Assembly (NCBI GenBank): GCA_965649825.1
Contig: OZ287704.1
Location: 976,301-1,040,300, forward strand
Origin: Penicillus capitatus
Lineage: Eukaryota > Plantae > Chlorophyta
Reading direction: 5' to 3'
DNA length: 64,000 bases
How positions within the stretch are numbered: position 1 is the stretch's first letter; each line of letters opens with the position of its first letter. The translations under genes were made by a program, and so were the position numbers. The notes beneath the pieces are model-generated. The model saw nothing but the letters and a program-made list of their open reading frames with translations, had not been told where the DNA came from and did not search any database. Shown piece after piece: positions 48,676-59,506 of this stretch.

Positions 48676-50924
48676 CTACAGTGCTTCTACTAAGTGTCGA
48701 TAGTCCAGAAGTAACTCTGGTAGATCGGACAATCGCAGTGTTTCCATGGTGAAGTGCAGGAAACGCGTGTTTGGATGCATCTGCATGGCTGTTTGGTGTT
48801 CCCTCCATGACTTCAGAATATCGCGTTTGAGCAAGACCCTCTTGTAGTCTGCCAGCAGTAGCCAGATGTTTCCCAATTTAAACTCCTTTGGATTTGCGCA
48901 CATCAGCGTCTTTCTCGCAGCAATGATGATATCTTCGTGGTTTCGCTGAGAGAGATCTTGGGAGAATGGGATAGAGTGAGACTGAGCATAGGCAATGAGA
49001 GCTGAATCGATATAGTGATCGTCCGGTTGGCAAGAGAGCAACGGAATCTCCGTTCCGTCACGGTCGACGTCAAAGTAACTGTAGAGAGCATCCAGTCCAT
49101 TTCCCCCCTGTTCTGCTACATGAATCGTATCCCCTGAGCAATACATGCAATAGAAGAGAGTAGTACTTAAGAGAAAGATCACGCACCGTTTCCGTTGACG
49201 ACAGGTACCATCTCCATATCGGGCACAGATCCCGTTTGGGACATTGGGGTTGCCAGCGTATCGTTCTGTCTTGGCAACGGTGAGGGACGCGTGGATATTC
49301 TGGAAAGCAAGCTTCTAGTGGTGATCGACGGAATGTTGTTCCAGACAGTTCCGAACAACGCATGAGGCGTTGACACTTTAGCAGATTCTGTCACAGATCG
49401 CGTTTCTGGGCCATTGTCACGCACAAGGACATTCTTGTTCATCAGTTGCCAGGGCAGAGCAGATGATGCCAGAGAAGACGCAGAAGGCGAAGTGGATCGT
49501 GGCCTTATCTCTTCGATACCCTGCAGGAACATCTGTCTATTCAGAAGAGGAATGTGAAAAGGATAGGACCAGTTCCAACCACCAAGTGTCGCCAAAGATC
49601 TCCCGTCCTCTACCTCCAAAGATAAAGAGCCGGCCTGAACTCAGCGCCACCATCGTGGGACACACGCGCTCAGATGGAGATGCCTTGTCAACAGGCGTTT
49701 CGCATTTGACCCATCTAAAGAGGGAGAAGCCTTTTTCTCGACAGAGAAACTGTGCTGGGCGAACCTGGTCTTCACAAGATCGAAAATCCAGAGTTCTTTG
49801 CTGCACGTGTGCGACTGAGAAAAGATCATATATACTGGACTTGCCATATGTCCACCGAAACAGGCCAGCATCCGATCCTGTGTCGCTGTACAGACATCCA
49901 GCACAACATTGTCATCAAAAGAAGAGCAGAGTGTGCGGACGAACGTGCAAAGGAATGACCACTGCGGCCAAGGGGCCTGGGTTTTGCTTTGACGCAATGC
50001 CATTGCCATTGTCCCGTTCCCTCGATCTCTTTCAACTGCCAGAGATCATCAAAAAAGGAACCCACCGTCGTTTCCCCTCCATAAAGCCATACGGCACCAT
50101 TCGCCTGGGACAGTCACACAGCAACGTCAAATGTGGTATTGAAGCATCCAAGTGAAATGCGCACGACGGTTAGAGCATGATTCATCCGAGGGCCAGGTCC
50201 CGGCCCAATAGCCGCAATTTCTTCCCAATGATCTCTAAACAGTCAGAGTCGCTGATCCTGGCGACAATCCTTGACACAGCGACTGTACTGATGCACGTGC
50301 AGGATCCAGAGGTCGTTCATCGCCTTGGATGATTCATTTCTCCCACCAAATAACAGCACCCGTCCGTTTCCAATGTACACGATGCTGGTGAGAGATCGCG
50401 GGGATGGATGAACGTGTGACATCACTGCAGACTTTTTCCATGCCCAACTATCCTGAATGCAAACCTTCTCTCGATCCAATATCCCATTCCAAATCAAATC
50501 CGACCACACTGAGTGTCCATGCATCATTGAATGTCGTTCTCGATGCTGTGTTCGGAATCAATGCCTGTCCGCCGAAGAATAGGAAACCCTTGTTCACTGC
50601 TGTGGCCGAATGAAAGGCACGTGGCCCAGGGGACCCTTCCGAAGAGATCTGAGGCCGCACCCAGGCCTCCTGTTCGACATGAAACACGCAGACGTCATCG
50701 AGAAAGGATTCTTGTTCCGTCGGGAGCTTGGTGGCGCCGCCATGGAGAACGATGAGCTCTGTGCCCCAATCATCCCGTGTGTCCACAACGACGGCGATAT
50801 GGCCGTAACGCGGAGCAGGTGCATCGGCCTGATGGGCATCGATATGCGTCCAACGCATCTGAAGAAATGACGTCATTTCAGTCAGACACTATCTTGCAGG
50901 ACTCGACAGCCCTACTGTAGCCAT
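48676..50924 (-). CDS. Kelch-repeat protein with a small duplicated helical C-terminal motif
   Basis: Kelch blades PAPRYGH..LHGG, PGPRAFHSA..FFGG, PRSL..LFGG, PLGRSGHS and PSERV..IFGG. C-terminal KLGNIWLLLADYKRVL and RLSDLPELLLDYRHLV. Confidence 0.85.
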
Positions 50925-51612
50925 GAAGTCCGCTACGTCTATCAAGAAGGGACGTGTTCGATGGGACGAAGCGAATCTCAGCGAAAATGAACGCGTCAAG
51001 AAAGAGATCAACGCGACAGCGATAGAAGAACCCAAGACGCCTTATCACAGCCCATGTGCCTCGCAGACAGACCTAAGAGGTGGTCAGATAATGACGACAG
51101 GCAACGTGCTGATTCTGTCGTGATGCTACAGATTTGGAAGCGGAGTTGAATGATTATCAGGTACACACTATCGCGCCGATGCGCCATTAGATGTATGCGT
51201 GATGGATAGGCACAGCTGGATGAGGAATTAACGACGGCAGGATTAATAAACGGAGCTGCTGAACAGTAAGGAGAATGTGTGAGCAGGGTGATCTATGAGT
51301 TGTTTGTCTGTTAGCGAAGTGACTATGCAGAATGGCTCGAAGAGAGTGAGCTTCGACAACACAGCTGAAGGACATGACGCCGTATCTGTCTTCCTGTCAT
51401 TGCCAAACGCGATGTCCATCTGTTCGTTTGCAGGAAGAAAAACCTTCTTCCGAGTTTGAAGAGCACAGAAAACAACATTACTCCATGAAAGATGCCTTAC
51501 AAAAGCAAGCCTTCTGATCGTTGCCTCTCACGCTGGACATCTTATTGCCAGAGGGAAGAATCTGGCAGCACAGGAAGACAATGGACAACAAGAATCGGAA
51601 GCTTCATTGTGA
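50923..51612 (+). CDS. Protein phosphatase 1 inhibitor-2 (IPP-2)
   Basis: RVRWDEANL, IEEPKTPY and FEEHRKQHY are the three conserved I-2 motifs. The last intron is GC-AG (51505-51551). Confidence 0.85.
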
Positions 51613-51752
51613 AAAGTGAATGCTATCACGGGTAAAGAGGGTGACTGAAGATACACGTCTCATACGTGACTGTGGATATCTATCTGTGTAGTTTTGCTCA
51701 TCGTTTTGCGTGAAGAATCATAAGTATTTGTTTACACACTTTAAATGGCACC

Positions 51753-54700
51753 TCACGTCGCATTAGATGATACGGACGATGATGTTTGGCGGCGCCGGCG
51801 CGTTAATCTATAAAGACCGAACATTGCAAGAATACCCAGCAAAGCACTCCACTTGGACACAATGAGTGGAGGCGTCCAGTTCACAAAACCTACAACACCA
51901 TTGTATCAATCTTTTTGTTGACATGGCAGATTACCCTGAGGCACACCGAAGGTCAATACAGCAGATTTTTCACTGCTATATGGTGCTCTGCTCAAAAATA
52001 AAAAGCGTCGAAGACATTGTGTATGGTGAAGAAGGCATTACTTATTTGCTCCGAGGATGGATGATTGTTTGGCTGAAAATGGCTCCCCGAAGACATCCGT
52101 TACTTTTCTTCCAGAATCTAACAGGTCGTCTGAACCTTTGTCTTCCAGTTCTTTTACCTCCATTAGGTCGTTGATCTCCATGATGGGATGGTTCATGTAG
52201 CACTGTAAGGGATGGCTCAGGACAAAAGAGAACTCTGTGAAGTTGACGTCTTCGATCGGCTGCGGAAGATCCTCTGCCTCCAGAGATGCCTTCAGTATGT
52301 GATCCTCGCCTGTCAGACTCTGCAGAAGGCTGTTGTCTTCGTTCTCGTTCACAAAGTCCAGCATCGCATCGAGCAGCTCGAAGCAGTGATCCGACTGGTA
52401 ACTGGAGTCCAGGCAGTTGGAATCTCCGTAGACGGCCAGTCTGCCGTTCCCATGGGCGGTCAGGCCCAGAGTGTAGTAGTCGCCGAAGGAGCTGGTCTCC
52501 TTGGACGTTTCCTCCAGAGAGAAGTGGTGGGCAAAGCTGTCAGCAGGCAGCCTTACAATGTTGGCCCCAGAGGAGTACTTCACTCCGCGCTGGCCGCCGA
52601 TCGCCTGGGTCCCTTTGAGGACGGCGTCCCCGAAGGCAATCCCAAACTGGCCAAGCAGGTCGTTCAGGCCAGGGATGTTGCCGCCTCCCGTGGCGGGAGT
52701 CCACCAGCTGCGCGTGTTGTCATCGAAGAAGCGGAAGTCCGTGGCCGTCTTGGCATTGTACCACTCGGCGAAGACGATGACGCCGAGTCCCTCTTCCCTC
52801 ACATCCGCGGCCAGTTTTGCAACCTCCTCCGGATAGAAGACGTCTTCGGAGTCGACGATCATCAGCGCCCCGTACTACAGCGAATGGAGTCAGCAGTGTG
52901 CCGGACGGCGTCCGGCAGGCAGGACCTGTGATGCGTTGAAGCAGGTGTAGGGAGAACCCAGGACCTCCAGGTAGTAACCCCTGTCTCGCAGGTGGTCGAA
53001 CATGTCGTGGAAGTTGGTGTGCGGGTGGTCTCCGTGCCAGTCCAAGATGTCTCTCTGCACGTCGAGGTTGTCTCGCGGGAAGTAGGCGGGCGGATACTTG
53101 ACGGAGTGGAACTGGTCCCAGAGCACCCTCTTCTCTCGGGGAGGCTTCGGAACGATCCTCGCCTTGAACGGCACTCGGACAGTGGACTTCCTCTCCCCCC
53201 TCTCGCCCTCGACCGGGGGAGCGACGACGGTGAAGCGGATCTCTCCCTCGGCGACGCCCGAGTAGGATCGTCCAGCGGACTGGACTCGGACGTAGACGGC
53301 CAGGTATCCCGACCAGGGCCACAGGACGTCGCTGTACTCGAAGTCCATGGAGACGAGCTCTCCTGCCTTGTTGGAGGGAGCGAACTCCGGCGCCCCTTCC
53401 AGGACGCCGGTGACGCTGATGCCGTTCAGGATCGTGGCGTTGACGATCACCGGGACGGCGTCGGCATAGAGAGGCTGCGAGCAGAGGGGCCACATGTAGG
53501 GGCAGTCGGTCAGATCCAGGCTGCCTGGAACGAGGGAGGCCCGGGGCTCGTAGCTCTGCAGGATCTGCATGGACCGGACGAGGTCGATCTTTCCGGCCCC
53601 CTGAACGTAGACCGTCTCGCCGTCCAGCCGAGAGGCGCCCTCGACCAGGGCCTGCTTCATCGAGGCCGGATTGAGCAGGCTCCACCGAGCGCCTTCGGGA
53701 ACGGTGCTGGCCAACAGAGCCACAGCCCCTGCGGCGACGGGAGACGCCACGCTCGTTCCCGACAGGCTCTTGCACCCGTCCTGCATCCTCGAGCCGCTCA
53801 CGTCCTGGGCGTATGCCAGCACATCCGGCTTGATGCGACCGTAGCCGATCGGCAGCTCCCAGGTCGACATCCCCCTCGACGAGAAACGCGCCATGCGATC
53901 CTCGAAGGTGATACCTCCGATTCCGATGACATCGTTCTGATCAGCCGGGTTGTTCAGCGTCCCGTACAGAGGTCCATCGTTTCCGATGGCGGACACCATG
54001 ATGATCCCACTCGATGTGACCTCCAGCACCTGCGGAGAGAAGAGGCATTGAGAACTGCGACTGCCTCTAGCGATCTCGCCTTCTCGACGAATGGTTGATC
54101 GAGGAAGTCCGGCCCGCCGATGCTCAGATTGACGATCTGCATCTTCGAGACGATGGCGTAGTTGAAGGCGTCCATGAACCAGGACGTGTAGGAGACCTGG
54201 TCGTCCGTGAACACCTTGAACGTGTAGAGCTCGACGTCCGGAGCGAATCCAAGACATCCATCGTAGATTCCGGCGATGACGCCGGCCACGAACGAGCCAT
54301 GTCCCAATCCGTCGCTCAGCGTGTTCTGGTGGGTCCAGTTCGTGCGTTCCTTGATGTTCTTGACGTGGGGGTGGTTTGCTCGGATGCCGGTGTCGAAAAC
54401 GCCCACCTTGACCTTTTCGCCCGAGTGTCCCAGATTCCAGATCTCGTCCGCGTGCAGCATTCGCGTCACCGATCGGCGGCCGGTTTTTAAGAGGCTCCTC
54501 TTCCTCCTCAGCTCTGCCCGGTCTTCGGAATCCGATCCATACGTGTAGTCGTCGTCCTCGCTGTCGATCCCGAAAGTCGGACGGGTACGGAATCGACCTG
54601 GAGGCTTCTGAATCTTGCACTCCCGATGTCCCTCTTCTTCCTCCGCGACGTGTGCCAGACTCCGGTGCAGCAGACGGTCTGGGTGGACGTCTCTGACAAA

Positions 54701-55141
54701 AGGCAGCTTGAGTATGCGTTCCTATACGACTCCGACCTCCCACCAAGGTCCGCTGCGAAGTCGATTCAGATCTACCTGCACGGTTTCTGCAGAGGCTGTC
54801 TGGAATCGCACGACGCCGAAGTCTGTCGGAAACGAGGCAGCTGCGTTGTGTCGCTCGACCCATTTCCACTGCGACTCGTCGTCGCTTAAGACAGCTTCCA
54901 GTGCTCGTCTCCAGTGTGCTGCCCTCCGGTATTCGCGAAAGCGGACGATGTACTGCTGTCCTCCCTCAGAGATGTTCTCTGCACCTAGTTCACTCGAACA
55001 GGTACCTTCTTCGGTGGCTGACGATGACGTCAGGATGGTTAGACGACTCCATAGCAACAGACAGAGCAAAGTATAGAAGCATCGATAAAGATGCATGCTA
55101 CAGAATAGTCGACAACAGAATGGAACACGAAACGTTTCCAA
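51753..55141 (-). CDS. SBT6.1: Site-1 protease (S1P / SBT6.1), copy B
   Basis: Same catalytic motifs as copy A (VFDTG, LGHGSF, MVSAIGNDGP, GTSVASP). Different 3' exons end in SKWSALLGILAMFGLYRLTRRRRQTSSSVSSNAT*. Confidence 0.95.
52167..55120 (-). repeat. Right arm of the ~2.95-kb inverted repeat (partner 26919-29871)
   Basis: Reverse complement of the left arm with scattered substitutions and a 1-nt longer GC-AG intron (50 vs 49 nt). Confidence 0.95.
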
Positions 55142-55429
55142 AAATCAGGTCATGGACATTTGAATGTGCATATGGTCGTATCAAGCAAATCAGTCTATTT
55201 GTATGCTGTACGGTAGACATCCCGATCTTTAACAGACCGCTTCTGCCTGTACTTCCTTGCATGTAGACAAGCGGAAATTTGTTCTATACTCCTTAAGCTG
55301 ATGTTATACTCTGCTGCGCGTCGCTTCCGATCATCGAAGATTCCTCGGAAGAAGCCTCAATTCGTTTCATTTTATCTTGTTTTGTTCGCGTTCAGTTTTG
55401 CCTCTTTCTCTAACATTCCTTTTCGCCTA

Positions 55430-57430
55430 GCTTCCAATCCTTCGAACGCTCCTCATTTCATCTTCCTCCCGTATCGTTAAGAGGGCCGCCTTACCAGAAC
55501 ATCGATGGTCAGACTGAAGGCAGCTGTAATGTAAGCGGGTGTCAGATTCGTTTTTGGAAACAAGGTAGACCACAGAGCATGGACAAAGAGACTTAGGCCA
55601 AGCACAGAGAGAGATGTTTCCCACAAACGGATGACCCATGGAGCACGCAACTCCATTTGAGAGATATCCCTGTCCAATCACGCACTGACGCCTGTCACAT
55701 CAATCACGGCATTGCTTACCGAGTGCGACCGTGCCGTTGACAAAGGCGCTGATGAGAATGAAGATGAAGACGCCTGTCAGTGTGGCACCATCCAACAGAC
55801 TAGCCATGTAGATCTATACATCCACGCCGTCGCCGAGTCAAGAGGGCGGCTGTCGATGGAGGACGGTTAGGCCGACTTGCACAGGTAAGATAAAATTGCT
55901 GATAACGCCAATTGTTTGGACGAGCGCCGCTCCAAATTCTCGTTTCTTGAAGAAACAGCTCATCAGAATGGAATTTGCAGCAGGTGCCGTCAAGAAACCC
56001 TAGTCCACACATACATGCCTTCCCTTGACATTTGCTTGAACAGAGGCAGCTTCCATGACAGGACAGAAAGGGCAAGCAGATTTCCGTTTCTCAAGTGAAT
56101 AGCATTCGTTCGCAATTGCGGTAGCGAGAGGAAGAGGAAAGGGAATGTCGAGAGCTGAACGAGATCGTTCGTTGTTTTCGACCACCAATCCTTCTGATCG
56201 TCATCATCTACATCCTCATCGCTGTTCGAGTAGCGCGTCTTCTCACAGTTCTCTTCTGTACAAACATAGCTCTCCCTGTTCGACAGCGCTGCACTCTTCT
56301 GTCGACTCATCGATACCACAACACTGGACTGAAACAGTCGAACACGGCACTTTGCCGCTTCCAGACGCGAAGCGCGTTCTTTCGCGTAACAACTGCAGCT
56401 TTTGATACAGGTGTTGGAGAGCAGACAGGTATCGGTCATCTCTCCCCTACGTTGGTGTCGTCTTCGAGAGGGCCGCACAAGACGCTTTACTGCACAGCCG
56501 TATGGCGGCAGCCTGGGCGAGACACCTTTCAGCACGATCGGAACGTGGGAGACATACCCAAAGTAGATCTCGAAGTGATCGTGGCACATGAAGTGGATGA
56601 GCTTGACTCTGAGCAGCTGTCCTGCATGGCCTCCGTCGGTCGGAATCTTCAAGTCGTAGCCCTGAACCGTTACTCTGTAGCGAACGCGATCGAATGCGTC
56701 TCGCGTACTTGCACTTTGCGTCGCGGCGCTGTGGCTTCCCCTTTGACCACCCAGTTGTATGCCGCCTTCGAACGGCCTTCGTGTTCATTCGAGTTTAACT
56801 CTGGACACGTAGACGCATCCATACGTACAAACGCATGTGAGATCGGTCCTCTTTTTCTGCGAGAGGGCAATACCTGCTGGCTCGAGTCGTCGACGGGAGG
56901 CGCTTCGTGTCGATATGGGCCGCCTTGTCCGTTCGCGCTTGTGAGAACAGACGCTCGTCTCTTCGTCGAAGTCGTCCATCTTTAATGGCAAGTAACGTCA
57001 CCGTCAATGCGTTCCTTGAGTCTTCTCCTGCCCACGTGCAGCAATGTGACCCGTTACGCTTGTTTTGTCACAAATCGTCTTTGTCTACAATCACGCAAGA
57101 CGTGGCTCTGAGCAGCTGTGATGCATTAAAAACACTTTGGCTTCTACTTTCTAGAGAATTGTTAGCGCTGGGATAACTCGACAGCGGATGACATTGTGCT
57201 TCCCGACGGGCAACAGAGGGTTAGCGAGAAGGTCAGACATACACCGAAGGACGAAAGCGGAAAACAACGTTCTTTCTAAAAAGAGAAGGAAAACAACTGT
57301 TTGCAGAATAACCAATCGAAAGGTGAACAACTCCTCTAGATTCTTCGCATAGGTATGGTGAACATCGTCACCGAGTCGGAAATGGAATGCATACAATACT
57401 ATACTTGGAGAGGCATACCTGCTTTGCAAA
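55430..57430 (-). CDS. Multi-exon unassigned gene with a hydrophobic C-terminal part (structure unresolved)
   Basis: Protein-like segments (HFMCHDHFEIYFGYVSHVP; LSAILSYLCNLLDGATLTGVFIFILISAFVNG) between short intron-like intervals. Confidence 0.3.
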
Positions 57431-57549
57431 GTGTATTAGCTGGCAACAGTCAAGTTGCGAGTGAAGATTTTTCAGAGTCCCATCGAAACACACATCGATG
57501 CCCGCCAGATAGTGTAACTAGCAATTCCTGAAAGGCCTCCTGGGTGGGG

Positions 57550-59400
57550 ATATATTGAGCGACGCCGGACGGATTCCTTGTCATCGAATCGAACAGAAAT
57601 TGTGGTGGCCAATGCCTATGAGGCAACTGTCAGACAGACCATCCACGAGAACTCTTCTAATGACATGCCAATCGCTAGACACACAATTGTTAAGCACACG
57701 CGGTTCTGGCATGCACTGTCACGCATCCTCTGCCTTGCGGCGATCATCCACATCTTCTCAGCCATTGTCCAGGTAAGGCTGCTTCGAATTCTGTTACCAT
57801 CTGAGCATTCGAGATTTCCAGCCGTCACTCCAGCTATAGAGAAGGAACGGGATCTAAGAGAACAAACTTGCCGATCTCGATGACACCGAGATCAGACTTT
57901 CCTCACAGACAGTCTTGCTGGACAGAAGCCACTTCTGTGGGCTTGACCTGTCTCCTGTCCGTGCCGCGAAGAGGCATTCCGTGTGCTCTCAACTCGACTC
58001 CATGTCAAAGGCCGTTGCCTCCGGCGCCTGTGAAGACAATCTCCGTTCCACTGAGCCTTGGAGCGCTGCCTCAACGCCAAGTCGACGACTCGTGGCACGC
58101 GCCTCACAGTGTAACCCATGTGCATCTTGGCCCTTGTCGTACAGGATCGGGGGTGAATTTGCCAACGGTCTCTGGAATTCACGGTTGCGTATACTGAATC
58201 TGTACGCGTCCCCCGCTTCAACGACGTCTGCTGAAGGTGCGAACCGACCCACTTACTCACTTCAGCAGGTTGCATTCTCGTCTTCAAGACTAACACACAC
58301 CATTCCGTCGTCACATTTCTCAGTCTCTCAGTGCATGAGCTTCTCCAGACGGCCCTGACAGAACTGGTTGGCCGTCTTTGGGTTACGATGGGAACTGCTC
58401 GACGACTGCTCTCGATGCACCTTCCCCTTTTCTTCAGTACATCCAAAAAGCACAGGTACCTATGGCTTGTGAAACTACTGTCTTGCCTTCTTAGGGATGG
58501 CGATGTCCTCATCCCTATTGAGAGGAATGGCATTGCTTCAGCTACACCACATCCGGCAGGGGGGGTACAATGATCCCGTCACAGAGTGTCTATTTCACAT
58601 GAGACGGTGGCACACTTGACGCCGTCTCGAACTGTATAGCAGCCAGGTCTTTAGATGCAATGCAGTGCTTGTATTGCTCACACTGAGGAGACTGGCACAT
58701 CGAGACGATCCCTCTTCGTGTAAACATTGCCTTTGGTTGCATTGCGAAGAGCTGTCTACCTTTTCACTGACGGGAGAGCATCAATGGTATAGAATGACGT
58801 TCTGAACTCGCATGTACTGCAAACAATCACACATGTAACACAAATGTTCGTGTTATCCTCCAACACTCGCTCCAGTCTCTCACTGTCCTCTCTTCCTTTT
58901 CCAGGGATTCGGGAAATTGCTACGATGTGAGAGTGGTCTCTTCACCGCGTATTAACATTATAACGATCTAACGCGTGCACTCCGACGCTACTTTGACATC
59001 AGAGCTCCTCTGAATCTTAAAACGTGTTCACAGCATCTGAGTTCGGCCATACAAAATATCCATAAATGTAAATCCGGTTATCTCGGCTGCTGCAACGATA
59101 CTGGCAGGTAGGTCCTCTGCCGTATAACCAGCCACCACTCCAGATCTCCACCTCAGAAAGCATGAGAAGATGATTGTATCATCGAACACTCTCATGCACA
59201 TATCACTCGTCCTCTGCGCTGTTCCCGACCTAAACTGTCTCTGAGCATAACTCTAGCAAATCAACTGCTCCAGAACACATCTGCTTTGCTAACCTGAAAA
59301 ACACAAACGACTCAGATCTTTCGAGATCTCACTCTAATGCAGCGATTTCCAGGATTCTCTCACTTTTTACGCACTAGCGAACTGTCCTCGGCCAGAAGAG
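57550..59400 (+). CDS. Multi-exon unassigned helical protein (structure unresolved)
   Basis: Leu-rich exon-like segments (HELLQTALTELVGRLW...YLWLVKLLSCLLRDG) flanked by GT-AG signals. Confidence 0.3.
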
Positions 59401-59506
59401 CGTATCTGCTAACATCCAAAATGCCAGAGTCGCACCGGCCTGTCCGCAGCCCGACCGTCACTCTCCGAGCCCGTCACCCTGCGCAATACAACTGGACGAG
59501 CGAACA

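Noticed and set aside
27170-54869. Long alternative-frame ORFs over both S1P copies (e.g. 27170-28042, 28263-29318, 52720-53775, 52992-54098)
   Set aside because: Expected from high GC3 codon bias. The real frames are fixed by S1P motifs and introns.
26919-55120. Inverted repeat as transposon terminal inverted repeats
   Set aside because: The arms are protease coding sequence, and no transposase or target-site duplication is evident.
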